Source of the DNA: Tubiluchus corallicola
Taxonomy: Eukaryota; Animalia; Priapulida
Reading direction: 5' to 3'
Assembly (NCBI GenBank): GCA_030141605.1
Contig: JAQGDQ010000201.1
Coordinates: forward strand, 1 to 64,000
DNA length: 64,000 bases
A program made the position numbers and the translations under genes. Every line of letters starts with the position of its first letter. The stretch's first letter is position 1. Below are positions 1 through 13,300 of the stretch, piece by piece. A model generated the notes under the pieces. That model was not told where the DNA came from and did not search any database. It worked only from the letters and a program-made list of their open reading frames with translations.

Positions 1-2190
1 CTATGATAATGAATGCAGGATTTAGGAATATGGATCGTACAGCCAAATGCAATTATAGTGACTTGTAGATTTCATGCTAAGGTTCTACGTGAGCCGAAAT
101 TATGTTTTGATCGCCTGATGCCTAAGATTAATCTATTTTGAGCTGACTTATGTGGACGGACATACAGTCAATACTACACTATGATCTGCAGACCAACTGT
201 TGTAAAATTTTTAAATATGATTTACAACTCTGCCATTTTTAGCTTTTAATAAGATTCTAGTTTTCTTTTTTCCTTTTAATTTCTGGATATGCTTGAAAAT
301 TATGACGTTAAATAATCAATGCGAAACGTGTATCGTTTCTAACTTTTGAAAATTTTTGAAACAAATTGTTGTATCTTTACGTCATTGGGAATGCACTGCG
401 CTTTTCAGGACTTAAAATCACTTTTAGTACAATTAAAACACTACAAGCCGTAATTCAGCATTGAATGGCAGGTCTACTAAACTTGATGTTTGCGGCGTGA
501 CTGTAAGGTTGCCTCCTTGTCAAGAACCGAAATCAGGAGCTAAGAGCCAGCTAGGGGGTTCGTGGTCTAGGACGGAGCCCTGGAAACCAACGCGTTTCCT
601 GTATTTTAGATGTTTTATGGCGCTTTTTTTCAGAAACAAAAATCAAGAAATTAAACCATAAAGTAGTACAAATTTCCAGAAAGCCCTAAAACCTTAAAAC
701 CCTAAAATTTACAAAAGTGCAAGCAGTGTACATCAATTTTTGGAGTTCCTCCCAGTCCCACTACATTTCTAACGTTTTTGAGATTTCTGGAGATAGATGG
801 TTTATGTTAAGTGAATAAAAGCTAAACCAGAAGTCCTTCCATTGCAGCATTTGCCGCTGCTGCAAATGCTGGCGAAAATGTAGACAGCGTTAAATGATGA
901 AGCCATGTAAGATTATGGTTATAAATTTATAGTTATAAACGGTGCGCATGAAGGTAGAACTAGTTTTGTGTGTGGCAATTTGCAGGTTAATACACAAACT
1001 ATACACAAACTTACTGGTATTTAGGGTTCCCTCTCGCGGATGATGGTAAAATGTCTTCCGTTATGAAAATCCATGTTAAATGGAAATTTAAACATATGCT
1101 AAAATACGCGTGTTTTGTCGATCGTAATTATAACATGCCATTTTTGTTAAAAAAGAAAGTTGCAGAGACTTGCATAACAAGTGCCTTGTTATACGGAGTT
1201 GAAACATGGTTAACGAGTGAATTTAAAGGTTTAGAAGTATTGTACAACAACGTCGTGAAAGCTTTATTCGAGGTGAAATGAGTACAAACACCCAAAGAAA
1301 TACGTTATGCTGACGCTGACATGCCAAGGTTAAAAGACAAAATTCTTAAGAGACGAGCTGACTACATGAATACAAAGCTTCATTCATGGAGCCTCGATGA
1401 ACCGGATAACTATAGCGTAGGAGCTTATGAATAACCTGCTAAGTAATTCCTCGAATTTTAGAACATTCAATCGTTGTTTTGATCATAGTTCAACAAGTAG
1501 CCTAGAATTCATTACAAGAGAAAGTCAGACAAAGACTAGATTCGCTACTTGCTTAATGTTGAATCCCTCCGCAGAACAACCTGAAATTTATATATCTACT
1601 ATTCCAGATGCCTTCAGAATTAACTTTAGCCGTTTTTTTCTGTCGTCTCACAGACTGAAAGTTGAGACAGGACGTTGGCATAGGCCCTCTATCCCACACG
1701 ACCAAAGGCTGTGCCCGTGCAGTAACGCAATGCAAAATGAATCGGTGAGAGAAAATGCAATCTAAGTGTAAGCAATGTTCTGGAGTTTTGTGATGTCTAC
1801 CCTTTAACCTGCGGAAAATTTAAAGTGATATGCTTAATTTATTTATGTAAGTGACAGTTAAGTTTGCTAGAATTTTTATCACTAAATTGTTATCTGGTTG
1901 TTAATACCTTTCCGGATGTTAATATGTTAAAGAAATTTACTGCCATTGCTGTGTATCTTTGTGTTACACTATAGCAAAATTTGAGAACTAATATTTGTTT
2001 CGTTTGTAAAATTGCGCGTTGCACGTGTCGTCGTTGTAAATGTACATGTAATCTTGTTGTTGTTAATGACAATAAAAATACTACTACTACTACCACTACC
2101 ACTACCACTACCACTACCACTACTACTACTACCTACTACCACTACCACTACCACTACACCTACTACCACTACCACTACCACTACCACTAC
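1..2190 (+). repeat. Left arm of a large inverted duplication (may extend beyond window start)
   Basis: Base n pairs with base 7326-n: CTATGATAATGAATGCAGG at 1 is the reverse complement of CCTGCATTCATTATCATAG ending at 7325. Mirrored identical ORFs: 461..661/6665..6865 and 1427..1765/5561..5899. Confidence 0.97.
900..2190 (+). mobile_element. Decayed non-LTR retrotransposon (LINE) 3' end with microsatellite tail
   Basis: Frameshifted post-RT motifs ITSALLYGVETW and SHRLKVETGRW...RLCPC, then AATAAA at 2071 and an (ACT)n/(ACTACC)n tail. Confidence 0.85.
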
Positions 2191-5029
2191 CACTTAGCTG
2201 CAAAATAGAAAACATTGAGTTTTGTTATCAACTACGCGTGCGCGCGTGAACACTTGGTACGTGCTGTTGAACTTATCGTAAACCCTTTACGATAATGTTT
2301 TGATATAAAATCAAATTTATGGATTAATTGTCAGACCGCTTTGAAGTAATGCATTGGGGCGCAATTCACACGGAGAATACGATTGTGTTTGCGATCCGTT
2401 TACAGTACGTCTCCGTGATTGTTCGTTGCCATTATATTATTATAGTGATTATGGGATGCATGAAATTTTAATAGACTGTATAATTCTTCATGGTTTAATG
2501 TTTCCTCCGAACCTATTGTAAACTAGCCAGATGTCAACCTTTCACTCTTTTCCCGCATCCAAAAATAAAAGCTATGCTTTACTCTGCCAAAGATTTCTTT
2601 AGTTCCTGATATTCGCAGTGAGACTGAATCACATTTAAGGAAAATTACTCAACTGACTGCTTTAACTCTGTCCTTTCTCCCTAGATGTGCAAGCTCAAAA
2701 AAAACTCTTGTTACTAAAGTATGGATTTAACTTGGCAGCAAATGAAATTGACTTACACATCGCATGCATGCACATCGCCATAAATGCAAAATTTAATGAA
2801 ATCATAACACCAGATGTTTTAACCATAACATTCCAAGAGCATCTTGCTCTAGGCCACCACCACTGACGGCAAACGGGCTGACAAAGATCATATGAGCTAT
2901 TTGTAGCATTCAATAAATTTCAATAACTTATACATTGCGCTTCATCATTTCAAGCATTTTTTTACATAGACTCTCGCCATAAAAATAAATAATGGCATCG
3001 TCACCTGTTCAGTCAGTACATGCGAAGAAGCAGCTGGTAGCTTCATAAACTTTAAAAAATCATGTCTTTTCACACTAACTATGACTCTCATCCCTTTTCA
3101 TTTCAGCCGTCAATTACCTTTTGACGTACGTCACTCGGGCTATTTTTACTCGGCCTGATTCGACACACGTATATGTCGTGGAAATCACATTTAAATGGTC
3201 TTTGTATCACGGTGACTTTTGACGCAAGTCGTATACATCACTCGGTTTGCATGTACCAATTACACCATTAAAGTTGCCCAAAGGCAAGTTGTTAAATTTG
3301 ATTTACATTAACTCACGCGGCATTGTACGTACGCGATGCACGACTCTAAATTGCTGCCAAGTTTAGGAAACCATGCGCGTTATGCTTGGCTTCAACATGT
3401 TGCGCAGTAGGCCGGCTACAATACACAGTAGGGAATTCAATTGCCAACAAAGGCCAATAATAAAACAGCCATATCTGTGTAAGCTAGATAGTAGATTGCA
3501 TGAAAAAACAGAAATAAACGTAAGAAATGAAGAAACACGATGATTAATCAAACAAGTTAATACAGCACAGCTTGCATTCTCCACTTTCTAATGATAAAAT
3601 GAATGCCAAATAGTGGTCGATATGAAGACTTACACTTGCTGATTAAAAAGGTTCAAGACACAGTGAATCACTGCAGTGTATAGATAAATAATGTTATGTA
3701 GTTTTTACCCGAAAATATGTCACCAGATATTAATGCACGCAGGAATAACTCAGAAATTGCTCGTTCTTCCTGCTGGAGGCTGCAGATTTAATGCCACAGT
3801 CGGCTTACATTAAAAAATTTAAAAATACCAGTGGCTTTCCTGTAAAGAATGCAAAATTGTTGAGTGAAAGCTGGGTACCTTTAACTAAGATTGCGAGTCA
3901 CTGATTTGATTGGTAGAGCTAGCATCCCACTCATGAAATGGAGAGTGTGTAACGCTTTGGGGCACTGATTCACGATAAAAGATCACATTCACCTACGTCG
4001 TTTGCAAGGGTGCATTGATGAATTACCTGCGTCGAAATCAAAGAGAAAGTTTGTCAATTATTATTGACCAATCTAATGAAAGATTTGACTCAACCAAGCT
4101 GAATGTAATTTGCTGAAAAATTCTAGAGTGCTACGAAGTGCAGTTAAATGAAAGGCAGTTTGTCAGACCCCAAAACCGGGATTCAAAACTCAACGGCAGT
4201 AGAAAAAGAAAATACTTGTGGCAAGTTCGGAACCTAACATTATAAAGGATAATTATTTAAGATGAAACGTCCAATGGATAGGCACGTCTAGATATATACA
4301 TATAGGACGTCTCACAAGTCATACAATGATTTCTAATTTTCTTTTATTTTTTTCCAATCTCAGCAAGCTTTTGCATGAATCAAGAGGGGGCTTTGGTAAT
4401 TCTTTTAATTTTATTTTTTGACTAGAACCCCTGTTGCAACGGTGACGACAGTAACGTTAGAAACGAGGTACAAAATCAGCCTGGCTGGAGGTTTTTCGAC
4501 CAGCAAATGAGGTTCAGCGGAAATTTAGAGAACCATACGGACCACATTGCTCTCACTATTTACAATGTTCAACAAGTTGCACCCTTCCTTGAAGTCCTTA
4601 AGAAGATAGCGAAAGTAGCAAAACCTACTGGTGCATTAGTTCTTTTCAGATTTTCGGCTAATTTGACTAAACGAATTACTCGGGGTTTTATTCATTTGTT
4701 TCAATTTTTAAACATTTTGCTTTGTTGGTTAAAAATACAAAAAATGTTAACCAAATAGTGACTTCTGAGACATCCTGTATATAAATTGATGTATAATCAT
4801 TCACCCGTCCATTTACTAACAAAGTTCGACTTACGCCTAGGGTTGCCACCATTCTAAATTTGGTCGGGAGTCTCCTGAAATTCAGTTATACATCCGTACT
4901 TCGGTCGGATTTTTGAAAACTTAATTTCGACCATCACATTGAAATTTATGTGGAAAAAACGGAAACACATCTCGCGTGTTTTGAACCGTTGCTAAAGCAG
5001 GGAATCTTTGTTAAGCAAAACAGTAAACT

Positions 5030-6425
5030 CAGCAGTAGTGGTAGTGGCAGTGGTAGTGGTAGTGGCAGTGGTAGTGGTAGTGGCAGTGGCAGTGGCAGTG
5101 GCAGTGGCAGTGGCTGTGGCAGTGGCAGTGGCAGTGGCAGTGGTAGTGGTAGTGGTAGTGGTAGTGGTAGTGGTAGTGGTAGTGGTAGTGGTAGTGGTAG
5201 TGGTAGTGGTAGTGGTAGTGGTAGTGGTAGTGGTAGTAGTAGTAGTATTTTTATTGTCATTAACAACAACAAGATTACATGTACATTTACAACGACGACA
5301 CGTGCAACGCGCAATTTTACAAACGAAACAAATATTAGTTCTCAAATTTTGCTATAGTGTAACACAAAGATACACAGCAATGGCAGTAAATTTCTTTAAC
5401 ATATTAACATCCGGAAAGGTATTAACAACCAGATAACAATTTAGTGATAAAAATTCTAGCAAACTTAACTGTCACTTACATAAATAAATTAAGCATATCA
5501 CTTTAAATTTTCCGCAGGTTAAAGGGTAGACATCACAAAACTCCAGAACATTGCTTACACTTAGATTGCATTTTCTCTCACCGATTCATTTTGCATTGCG
5601 TTACTGCACGGGCACAGCCTTTGGTCGTGTGGGATAGAGGGCCTATGCCAACGTCCTGTCTCAACTTTCAGTCTGTGAGACGACAGAAAAAAACGGCTAA
5701 AGTTAATTCTGAAGGCATCTGGAATAGTAGATATATAAATTTCAGGTTGTTCTGCGGAGGGATTCAACATTAAGCAAGTAGCGAATCTAGTCTTTGTCTG
5801 ACTTTCTCTTGTAATGAATTCTAGGCTACTTGTTGAACTATGATCAAAACAACGATTGAATGTTCTAAAATTCGAGGAATTACTTAGCAGGTTATTCATA
5901 AGCTCCTACGCTATAGTTATCCGGTTCATCGAGGCTCCATGAATGAAGCTTTGTATTCATGTAGTCAGCTCGTCTCTTAAGAATTTTGTCTTTTAACCTT
6001 GGCATGTCAGCGTCAGCATAACGTATTTCTTTGGGTGTTTGTACTCATTTCACCTCGAATAAAGCTTTCACGACGTTGTTGTACAATACTTCTAAACCTT
6101 TAAATTCACTCGTTAACCATGTTTCAACTCCGTATAACAAGGCACTTGTTACGCAAGCCTCTGCAACTTTCTTTTTTAACAAAAATGGTATGTTATAATT
6201 AAGATAAATAAAACACACATATTGTAGCATATGTTTAAATTTCCATTTAACATGGATTTTCATAACGGAAGACATTTTACCATCATCCGCGAGAGGGAAC
6301 CCTAAATACCAGTAAGTTTGTGTATAGTTTGTGTATTAACCTGCAAATTGCCACACACAAAACTAGTTCTACCTTCATGCGCACCGTTTATAACTATAAA
6401 TTTATAACCATAATCTTACATGGCT
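5030..6425 (-). mobile_element. Mirror copy of the decayed LINE 3' end
   Basis: ORFs 6045..6275 and 5561..5899 mirror the left-arm LINE fragments. Confidence 0.85.
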
Positions 6426-7325
6426 TCATCATTTAACGCTGTCTACATTTTCGCCAGCATTTGCAGCAGCGGCAAATGCTGCAATGGAAGGACTTCTGGT
6501 TTAGCTTTTATTCACTTAACATAAACCATCTATCTCCAGAAATCTCAAAAACGTTAGAAATGTAGTGGGACTGGGAGGAACTCCAAAAATTGATGTACAC
6601 TGCTTGCACTTTTGTAAATTTTAGGGTTTTAAGGTTTTAGGGCTTTCTGGAAATTTGTACTACTTTATGGTTTAATTTCTTGATTTTTGTTTCTGAAAAA
6701 AAGCGCCATAAAACATCTAAAATACAGGAAACGCGTTGGTTTCCAGGGCTCCGTCCTAGACCACGAACCCCCTAGCTGGCTCTTAGCTCCTGATTTCGGT
6801 TCTTGACAAGGAGGCAACCTTACAGTCACGCCGCAAACATCAAGTTTAGTAGACCTGCCATTCAATGCTGAATTACGGCTTGTAGTGTTTTAATTGTACT
6901 AAAAGTGATTTTAAGTCCTGAAAAGCGCAGTGCATTCCCAATGACGTAAAGATACAACAATTTGTTTCAAAAATTTTCAAAAGTTAGAAACGATACACGT
7001 TTCGCATTGATTATTTAACGTCATAATTTTCAAGCATATCCAGAAATTAAAAGGAAAAAAGAAAACTAGAATCTTATTAAAAGCTAAAAATGGCAGAGTT
7101 GTAAATCATATTTAAAAATTTTACAACAGTTGGTCTGCAGATCATAGTGTAGTATTGACTGTATGTCCGTCCACATAAGTCAGCTCAAAATAGATTAATC
7201 TTAGGCATCAGGCGATCAAAACATAATTTCGGCTCACGTAGAACCTTAGCATGAAATCTACAAGTCACTATAATTGCATTTGGCTGTACGATCCATATTC
7301 CTAAATCCTGCATTCATTATCATAG
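5030..7325 (-). repeat. Right arm of the large inverted duplication
   Basis: Reverse complement of 1..~2190. The inner boundary lies in a (GGTAGT/GGCAGT)n tract longer than its left-arm counterpart. Confidence 0.97.
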
Positions 7326-8299
7326 GAAAAAAATCGCACAGTTGTTGCGTAGAGAGGGGGGGGAGTCAGAGAGAGAGAGTGCAAGAGCGAAATGGGGGGG
7401 GGGGCTTTACTGCTAACTGTAGGTGATTGGAAATGATGACCACGGCACGGGTACAGTGGTTAATTTTTGCAGTGAATCACAAAATCAAATTGCCGAATCC
7501 AAAATGACAACGTTTTCACATTATCTTCCTGATTATGTTGCAATAAAATTATTAAAATAAACTGTAAAACAAATAAAATCGGTGTTTGGATTAATCAACG
7601 TCCCTGCAAGCCAGAGCAGTTGAACTATACGAGCAGGAAAAGACCCAGCATTACCGTACACAGGTACAAAAAATTAAAAACAATCAAAATAAAGTAATCA
7701 TTGATTGGCTTACCTAGTTAACATCAAATCTTACTGCAGGGTACTAACTTAGTTATTTGCAAGTCTAATAAGCAAAATTTAGATATGTTTTCAATATGTA
7801 AAAATGAACGTGGTTTGTATACCTAAGCAGTCGATTTCAGTTTCTCAGAATCTATTTCAGTTTCTTCTCTAAATGGGAACTCTAAATCTCAGATATTAAA
7901 TAATTAATTAATTAACTAAATATTAAAATCTGATAAACTCGAACATTAAATTTCCAGTCTTATTATTTCAGGTGACTGACTGGCACAAATTTTACTGACT
8001 GAAATTTTTAGACAGTTCGGTAGACTGCAAACAAGAATGTAGTACTCAATAGCAGTTTATTTATTGTGTATATGCCTGGCAACAGTAAAAACTGCGATCA
8101 AGACTAATCTCTAACCAATTCTGAAACGTTGGCCGGCATTGAGCAAGCACAACATGAAACGTTTAAGAAGATTGTTACCAGGCGGAGACTCTATTCAGTA
8201 GACTTTCACAGCGATGGCTTACAATACTGCATAGAAATAAATGAAATAGCAGTGAGCAGATGACTGAGGATAATAATCATAGTTATCATAACCACTGAA

Positions 8300-8450
8300 G
8301 GTAATAACAAGAACGCTATTAGAGCAATAGCTGGTAGCAATGATTTGCTTCTACAGACAGCCGACAGACGCTGAACTAATAACAAGAACGCTATTAGAGC
8401 AATAGTTGGTAGCAGTAATTTGCTGCTACAGACAGCCGACAGACGCTAAT
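8300..8450. repeat. About 75-bp tandem duplication (2 copies)
   Basis: TAATAACAAGAACGCTATTAGAGCAATAG...CTACAGACAGCCGACAGACGCT occurs twice in tandem. Confidence 0.9.
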
Positions 8451-8699
8451 GAAACCACTCCAACTGCACAAGAAAAGGGAAACGGAAACTTAGCTTATTT
8501 TGACACCAGTGAGCTGTTAGTCATTTACCAGTAACGGCATCTGTTATATAACAGAGCAAAAAAACTTGAGGCGCATTGCGACACTAATAAACAGAGTAGC
8601 AGTAAATACGGTCTAAATATTAGCGATTTTAGCTCGGTACTGAGGTACGAAAAGTTAGCAATAACATGACCGACAGATATATAAAATCATTACGCTTAG

Positions 8700-10260
8700 C
8701 TAATAAATCATTATTACCATCAAGATTACAAGTTAAAACATGACCGAGATGGTTACATTATTACAAAATTGCATAGCAGTTACTTCAAGTAAGATTAACG
8801 GGTTTGACAGTTTATTTGACATTATTTTGCTTTTAGAAAAAATGATACAAATACTTTTTATCTTGTCACCCTGTACATTACAAAAGTTGATATCAAACTT
8901 TCTAGCAAAGTCTTCACATATAGAAACCATACGTTGTAGAGCTCTTACACTAGGAGCAATGAGTGAAATATCATCAGCATAAGCTAATGCACTAGCATAA
9001 ATACTACCAATTGTGCATCCTATATCAGACGCACTTAATTTCTCTAACAAGCCATCTATGTAAATGCCATACAAAAGTGGAGATAATATGCACCTCGCCT
9101 TACCCTGTTGGAAATAGTAATACCTCTAGATCTAATATCTGACCATTTCACGCATGTTTACTGGCGTCTATTCAAATTTAACAATGACTGGGTAACATTA
9201 CTGGCTAAGTTTTTATTCAAAAGTAATCTAAATTATCGACAATAATTAACTTTATCAAAAGCTTTAGAAGCGTCAAGCATTGCGCAATATACAGCAGACC
9301 CATTATTAATATAATGATTAATTGTCTCTTTAAGGGCCATTGTACACATGGAAGTAGACAGGTCTGATTTACACCCAAACTGTTGATCTGATGTACACAG
9401 CACAAATCCATACCTTGAAATAATAAGCCGGTTCAAAAGTTTACTTAGAGGAGAAGACAAAGCCATGCCCCTATGTCCCACACGTTACCACGTTCATCTT
9501 TAGCATAGGTTTGATAATTGAATAGAGAAGATTGTGCGGTACAGCAACGTGAGATAACATTATATTAAATAACAAACTATGTGTACAAATAATGAATTTA
9601 GGCCATTAATCAAATGATCGCAGGAAAATCCAGTTGAACCATCATTTTTGCTTACCTTGAGACGCAAAGCTGCATAAATTACATCGCGAACAGAAAATGA
9701 TTCATCTGGCGTATCTCAGCTCTCTTTTTGATTAATATCATCATGTAGTTGCTTCATATCAACATCATTGTATCCAACTATATTATAAAACAGTTCATAT
9801 TCATCCGCAAACATGTCAGGAATTTCGCTCTTATTGGTTAACTAGAGGTCAAATTGTTGTTATCTTTCACTTTATTCAATACATTAAACAGGTGACGAGA
9901 GTTATTATTGGCGGTACATTTAGCTAGTTTAGTTTTAAGCATTTCTTGCTCATAATTTTTGACGTTTGTCTAATTTCAGACACAAAGCCATTATGTGGTC
10001 TACCACTTTTAATCCAAATGTGATGCCAGAACAAATAAGTGCTACGTGCTGGTTCAACAAAATCGTTTCAGCCACAAACTATGTTATTGTCATTTTTACT
10101 CGCTTTCGGAATGTATTTATCATTAATAATCAAACACGAATTTACAATGTCATTACAATACCTATTGATATCGTCACAATGCATTTGACAATTGGGATTA
10201 TTGCAGTGTAAGACGTTATATGGAACCGAAATGTTACACAGCATGTCATGTAAACCGTTT
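8700..10260 (-). mobile_element. Decayed LINE reverse transcriptase fragment (multiple frameshifts)
   Basis: RT motifs QQFG, YCAMLDASKAFDKVNY, YGIYIDGLL and the catalytic ALAYADDISLIAPS in ORFs 9233..9481 and 8733..9074. Confidence 0.92.
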
Positions 10261-10511
10261 GACTGACAAATGGATTGTTTCGTCATTGGCCTTATGCCAA
10301 GCAATTTTTGGTTGTTTTATCGTTTTTTATAACTCTTTTATAAAAGTCTGTATTCAACTGAAGAAGAGTTACGTATAGAAAAGCAAAATAAAAGCAAGAG
10401 TATGCATAGAAAAGCAAAACAAAGTTAACTCAAATTTAATTTAAACTTAAAAACACTTGTGAGATCATACACTGAAAGTGTTCTTCAAATCTTGTTATGT
10501 GTTTGCTGGCT

Positions 10512-10573
<62 letters not shown>

Positions 10574-10620
10574 TATTATTATTATTATCATTATAACATT
10601 ATCATCACCATTATCATTAT
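10512..10620. repeat. (ATC)n/(ATT)n microsatellite
   Basis: Direct reading. Confidence 0.97.
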
Positions 10621-10685
10621 TGCAATTATTTTTTAAACTGTTGAAATTTATAATTATATACACCATAGATTTAAATGCCAAACAT

Positions 10686-11039
10686 TAAGGGTAAGCATTC
10701 TCTACCAGAAAGCAAATTTGAATCGAACCGAACTTCACTATTTCGAATTCGATTCGAATTCGAATTGAGATTGAAAGATTTTCGAACAAGTTTTCGAACC
10801 ACCAGTAAAAATTAGTCTCACAAAGATCATGCATGTTACCTGATTTTGTTCTGCAGTAAAATCATTAATAATTTGTTTACAATTGTGCATAGAAACCACA
10901 GCTAAATTATGCTAATTACATGATGTTTCAATCGTTTTAATGATAAAGAACGTATGTGATTGATGTGCTGAATTATTCAAATCTGTAGTTTTGGGTGCGA
11001 ATCGAATTTGAACTAAAAACTCGTTCGATGTTCACCCTA
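10686..11039. mobile_element. Probable hAT-type MITE
   Basis: Imperfect TIRs AGGGTAAGCAT / ATGTTCACCCT, subterminal TTCGA/TCGAA repeats, and degenerate 8-bp flanks CCAAACAT / CCAATCAC. Confidence 0.55.
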
Positions 11040-11399
11040 CCAATCACTTGCAAGCCAGTGCCGCTTTAAAAGTGAGTTACTGATTGTTTTTGTAATACAA
11101 TCAAATGCAGTTTTTATTCTTCTGTTGTACAACACTGTGTCAATCATTGCCTCGCTTTTTTAACGAGTCTAACAATATTTCTGGGCGTACGAGGTGTTTA
11201 AATCTATGATATCACATCACTCACAGTTACGCTACAGACGTATACAGTTATATTCTTGAGAAATTCTGTAGCAAAACGTCATAGTAAATTAGTAACCATG
11301 TAAATCATTGACATAACAATTATTTTAGGATGTTACATACACTAGGAATCGTATGACATATATTTCTTTGATTAACTCTTACAAATGACTATGGTTAAA

Positions 11400-11682
11400 C
11401 CATTGGCGCGTATTCGCTACACTCGAGGTCGAGGAAGATGTACACGAAGTCGGGAAATTCTTGAAAAATGACGTTATTGCCGCGACTTACGCCCACTTTT
11501 GCGAAATTCATCCAATCAGCGAACGTAATTTACCCTCTTTAAATTTTAAAGCCACATGTTAGTCAGTTTGAAAAAGATTTGCTTTAGTGTTCGTGTATAA
11601 ATTCGTTGTGTTTCTACAAACGTAATAATTTAGTGTTGTACAGTTGTAACGCATAACCACTGCAGTCTTTAAATATTACAAG
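11400..11682 (+). promoter_or_regulatory. Putative promoter and non-coding first exon of the importin-alpha gene
   Basis: CpG-rich patch with E2F-like TTGGCGCG (11403) and CGGGAAA (11451), CCAAT (11512), CHR-like TTTAAA/TTTGAA (11538, 11545, 11567), Inr-like TCAGT (11563) and donor AAG|GTAATA at 11683. A matching acceptor TTTTCAG ends at 15991. Confidence 0.55.
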
Positions 11683-12057
11683 GTAATATTGATACAGGCT
11701 AAGTGTGTCATCGTTTTACGAGCGTTTTTGGTGTAAATTGTGAAGCTCGAATTTGCAATAATTATTGCCTCGAATTTTGTTTTTTTTGCTAATTTATCGC
11801 AACGATCGTCAGTCACCTACTTTTGGCTTATAGCCGCCTACGATTATTACTGCATACTAATACACTAGATTTCGAAACTACTTTTGTTTTACGAACAAAT
11901 TAATTTTAGATGATCGACTCTAGACCAATCTATTTCAAAATGAATATGCCCATATCCTTGAGTGATTTCATCTTGTAAGAACAGCTTAGTCCGGATCTTG
12001 ACGTCTAGGATCTGAAGTCTAGATTCATGTCTGCTGAGCTGTGTATGCAGGAAAATG

Positions 12058-12071
12058 TGTATATATATATA

Positions 12072-12113
<42 letters not shown>

Positions 12114-12132
12114 ATATATATATATTTAATGC

Positions 12133-12165
<33 letters not shown>

Positions 12166-12167
12166 TA
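12058..12167. repeat. (AT)n microsatellite
   Basis: Direct reading. Confidence 0.97.
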
Positions 12168-12804
12168 GTATTAAAAACATATTACACACTGCAGTGTATA
12201 ATAATGAAATGTAGGTAATTAATTATCATCACAATCAGAGATATAATTTCTTCAAATTATTGCGTCAAATTTTTTGTACTAAATTTACATCCTGCACTGG
12301 CAGCACTGTAAATCATTATTCAGTTTTATACACAAGACATATTAGGCAGTCTCTGGGACATTTTTCTATGGTTTCTTAGTAAGAGTTAGTGACTCAAATC
12401 TCTGCCCACTGCTTTTAATAGCATTTTTATGGAATAGCATATAAACAAATGAGTGTTGTTATCTAGATTTCGTAAAATTAGTTCAAGCAAATTATTTAAC
12501 TTCCTGGTAATTATTTTAACTTGCATCCAGCCCACCCCTCCACTAAAATTTAAAAGGTACAATCTTTTGTGTCAGACAACATGAGAGTTTCATAAAAAAA
12601 ATTATCTGGGAGCATAACATTGAAAATGAGGTGTGAAGAATTTAAAGATAATTAAGATGATGATTTTTAGTGCAAGGGCTACTACGTAAAGCAAAATTTA
12701 TTATCGTGCAAAGCTTGCGTTTATAATTTTGAACGTAAGCATGTTTATATTTATCAATAATAATGTATCGATGATGATGATAATAAGATTGTGATGACGA
12801 TATT

Positions 12805-13300
12805 CGTACCAGGGTCAGGTCCTGATATTCCGGTCGGGTTTTTACTTTTGCTGGTTTCGAAAACAGGTTGTAGCACCAGGGCGAGTTGTTAGTACATCGC
12901 TGGTCGGTAAGTCTGGAGGGGCTGCCTCCTCGGGGACGAGACCACCACGCCCACAGGGTACCAGAGCTCCCTCGGTTAGCCGCGTCCCTTCACCGCCGGC
13001 AGCAAGCCTGTCCACCATGGTTGGACCTCAAGGGGTATAAAACCCCAGATGGCATAGCTTTGCTACGGACCCGTTGCCACCCGCTACGCCCGATCGTAAA
13101 AATCTTCGTTGGGGCCAGGGAGTTGGGTTTGAATAGCGCGATATTGTGTCTCCTCTTGGGCTTGACCGCTACCACCAAGTTTCCGATGATCTCATAGAGC
13201 TGCTGTCGTATTGCGAGGATTGGAGCAGTGGCATGCGATGGTTCGGGATGCTACCTGTGCTGGCCTGCTTCCACCTGGTGGGGGCAGCAAGTAAGCAAGT
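12805..13300. mobile_element. Short RTE-like non-autonomous retroelement insertion with target-site duplication
   Basis: GC-rich island flanked by ATGACGATATT (12794-12804) and ATGCCGATATT (13301-13311). RTE 5'-UTR-like motifs (AGCTATGCC, CCTCCA...CTAACAAC, GAAACCAGCAA) on minus; RTE C-terminus-like frame and AAGTAAGCAAGT tail on plus. Family call is from recalled motifs. Confidence 0.65.

Noticed and set aside
1890-5436. Poly-V, poly-T, GS-repeat and LP-repeat ORFs
   Set aside because: They are translations of the (ACTACC)n/(GGTAGT)n tails.
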